Shown here in pieces: positions 62,262 through 64,000 of a stretch of DNA of 64,000 nt. Position 1 is the first letter of the stretch, and the number at the start of each line of letters is the position of its first letter. The position numbers and the translations under genes were made by a program. Under the pieces are notes generated by a model, which was given only the letters and a program-made list of their open reading frames with translations, was not told the origin of the DNA and searched no databases. Source of the stretch: Alphaproteobacteria bacterium (GTDB lineage Bacteria; Pseudomonadota; Alphaproteobacteria; SP197). The stretch is from positions 2,699,753-2,763,752 of the forward strand of contig OZ244844.1 of the NCBI GenBank assembly GCA_965220805.1, in the 5' to 3' direction.

Positions 62262-63332
62262 ATGGCGTCGAACAGCTTCGGACAGGTCTTCAGGGTGACC
62301 ACCTGGGGCGAAAGCCACGGGCCGCGCATCGGTTGCGTGGTCGATGGCGTGCCACCACGGATCCCCATCAGCGAGGACGAGATCCAGCACTGGATGGATC
62401 GCCGCCGGCCCGGGACATCGCGGTACACGACCCAGCGCCGCGAACCGGATCGGGTGTCGATCGTCTCGGGCTGGTTCAAGGGCATGACCACCGGCACCCC
62501 CTTTGCCATGACAGTGGAGAACGTCGATCAGCGTTCCCGCGACTACAGCGACATCTCCCTGATCTGGCGCCCGGGCCATGCCGATTACACCTATGACGTG
62601 AAGTATGGCATCCGCGACTGGCGAGGCAGCGGCAGGGCGAGTGCCCGGGAGACCGCGATGCGCGTGGCTGCGGGCGCCGTCGCCCGCAAGGTCCTGGGAG
62701 AGGCGGTCGTCATCAGGGGAGCGGTGGTCCAGATCGGCCCCCTCGCCATCGACAGGTCGGCCTGGGACTGGGAGGAGACCGGCCGCAATCCCTTCTGGTG
62801 TCCCGACAGCGCCATGGCGTCACGCTGGGCCGACCACATCGACGGGGTCCGCAAGGAGGGGTCGTCGGCGGGGGCCATTATCGAAATTCGTGCCTCGGGC
62901 GTGCCGGCAGGCCTGGGAAGTCCGGTCTATGGCAAGCTCGACAGCGACCTTGCCGCGGCCATGATGTCCATCAACGCCGTCAAGGGTGTCGAGATCGGAG
63001 ATGGATTCGCCCTGGCCTCCATGCCGGGAACGACGGCAGCCGACGAGATGCGCTCTGGTGAGAACGGTCCACAATTCCTGTCAAACCGGACCGGGGGCAT
63101 TCTCGGGGGCATTTCCACCGGCGAGGAGCTGATCGTGCGCTTCGCCGTCAAGCCTACGAGTTCGATTCATCACGAGCGCCGCACCGTCACGAATGAGGGG
63201 AGTGACACGACCGTCCGGGTCACCGGCCGCCACGATCCGTGTGTCGGCATCCGGGCCGTTCCGGTCGGCGAGGCGATGATGGCCTGTGTTCTTGCCGACC
63301 ACCTGCTTCGCCACAAGGCCCAGTGCGGCTGA
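62262..63332 (+). CDS. aroC: Chorismate synthase
   Basis: GESHG, RPGHAD, SARET, GRHDPC. Confidence 0.98.
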   Translation: MASNSFGQVFRVTTWGESHGPRIGCVVDGVPPRIPISEDEIQHWMDRRRPGTSRYTTQRREPDRVSIVSGWFKGMTTGTPFAMTVENVDQRSRDYSDISLIWRPGHADYTYDVKYGIRDWRGSGRASARETAMRVAAGAVARKVLGEAVVIRGAVVQIGPLAIDRSAWDWEETGRNPFWCPDSAMASRWADHIDGVRKEGSSAGAIIEIRASGVPAGLGSPVYGKLDSDLAAAMMSINAVKGVEIGDGFALASMPGTTAADEMRSGENGPQFLSNRTGGILGGISTGEELIVRFAVKPTSSIHHERRTVTNEGSDTTVRVTGRHDPCVGIRAVPVGEAMMACVLADHLLRHKAQCG

Positions 63333-63437
63333 CCCGGAGTCCTGTCAAGTCATCTGTACATTCTTTCTCCGCGTGTCCGTGACCGACACGGCGTCGGCCA
63401 TGCCCGAAACCGTAACGGTCCGCCCGGACACCCACCT

Positions 63438-64000
63438 TCACCGGGCAGGCGGGCGGCGCCAGGTTCGGCGACGCGTTCGCGCAGGCGCGCTTGCGCCTGG
63501 TTCCGCGTCGATCTTCATGAGCAGCGGGGGGAGCAGGAAGAAGTCGGCCATGAGCGCCAGGGCAATGACCAGCGCGGTGAGCCTGCCCATGCTGGCGTTG
63601 AGTTCGAAGCTGGAGAAGCTGACCACCACGAAGCCGGCCACCAGCACAAGGGAGGTCGTGACCAGGGCACGGCCCACTGTACGGAAGGCAACGCGTACGG
63701 CGTCGGGAGACGCGTGGCCGAGCTCGTGCCGCGCCCTGCGGTACTTGCTCAGGAAGTGCACCGTGTCGTCGACCACGATGCCGAGCGTCATGGCCGTCAC
63801 CATGGAGAGCGAGACCCCGACTTCTCCGACCGCCCACCCCCAGATGCCGAAACCCAGCGCGCCTGGAACCAGGTTGGGGACCAGGCTCGAGAGTCCGATG
63901 CGCAGGGATCTGAGCGCGATGATGAGGACGAAGGAAATCCCGACGAGCGCAATGGTGGTCCCCAGCAGCATCGCGACAATGTTGCGCTGACCGAAATAGG
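63438..64000 (-). CDS. MMPL/RND-family membrane protein, C-terminal part (runs off the window)
   Basis: LVPNL.P, LGIVVDDTVHFL, VGRAL..TS, LLPPLL. Confidence 0.88.
   Translation of the reverse strand, partial: YFGQRNIVAMLLGTTIALVGISFVLIIALRSLRIGLSSLVPNLVPGALGFGIWGWAVGEVGVSLSMVTAMTLGIVVDDTVHFLSKYRRARHELGHASPDAVRVAFRTVGRALVTTSLVLVAGFVVVSFSSFELNASMGRLTALVIALALMADFFLLPPLLMKIDAEPGASAPARTRRRTWRRPPAR

Overview
GC-rich alphaproteobacterial chromosome segment (groESL with CIRCE; pdxH/surface lipoprotein/fabI/aroC synteny; FixR-like SDR; smo polyol operon; ccr homolog). Most of it is transport and catabolic genes: a polyamine-type ABC, a Liv-type ABC with an embedded acyl-CoA ligase, a mannitol operon, two orphan binding proteins, a P450 and SDRs. 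Best finds: (1) a ~4.7 kb transposase-less cassette (44505-49225) bounded by 22-bp imperfect inverted repeats and an apparent target-site duplication, carrying a Fic gene and a secreted ankyrin/PG-binding/MORN protein; (2) a cluster resembling the Pseudomonas histamine/imidazoleacetate (hin) pathway, with an HpaB-family monooxygenase where HinF is expected; (3) a Ccr homolog with Gln at the CO2-binding Glu; (4) a HigB/HigA-ImmA module with a broken HExxH motif next to an IS630 relic; (5) an unusually extended CIRCE palindrome. No rRNA, tRNA or CRISPR array was seen. All protein calls are by-eye motif recognition, not database searches.
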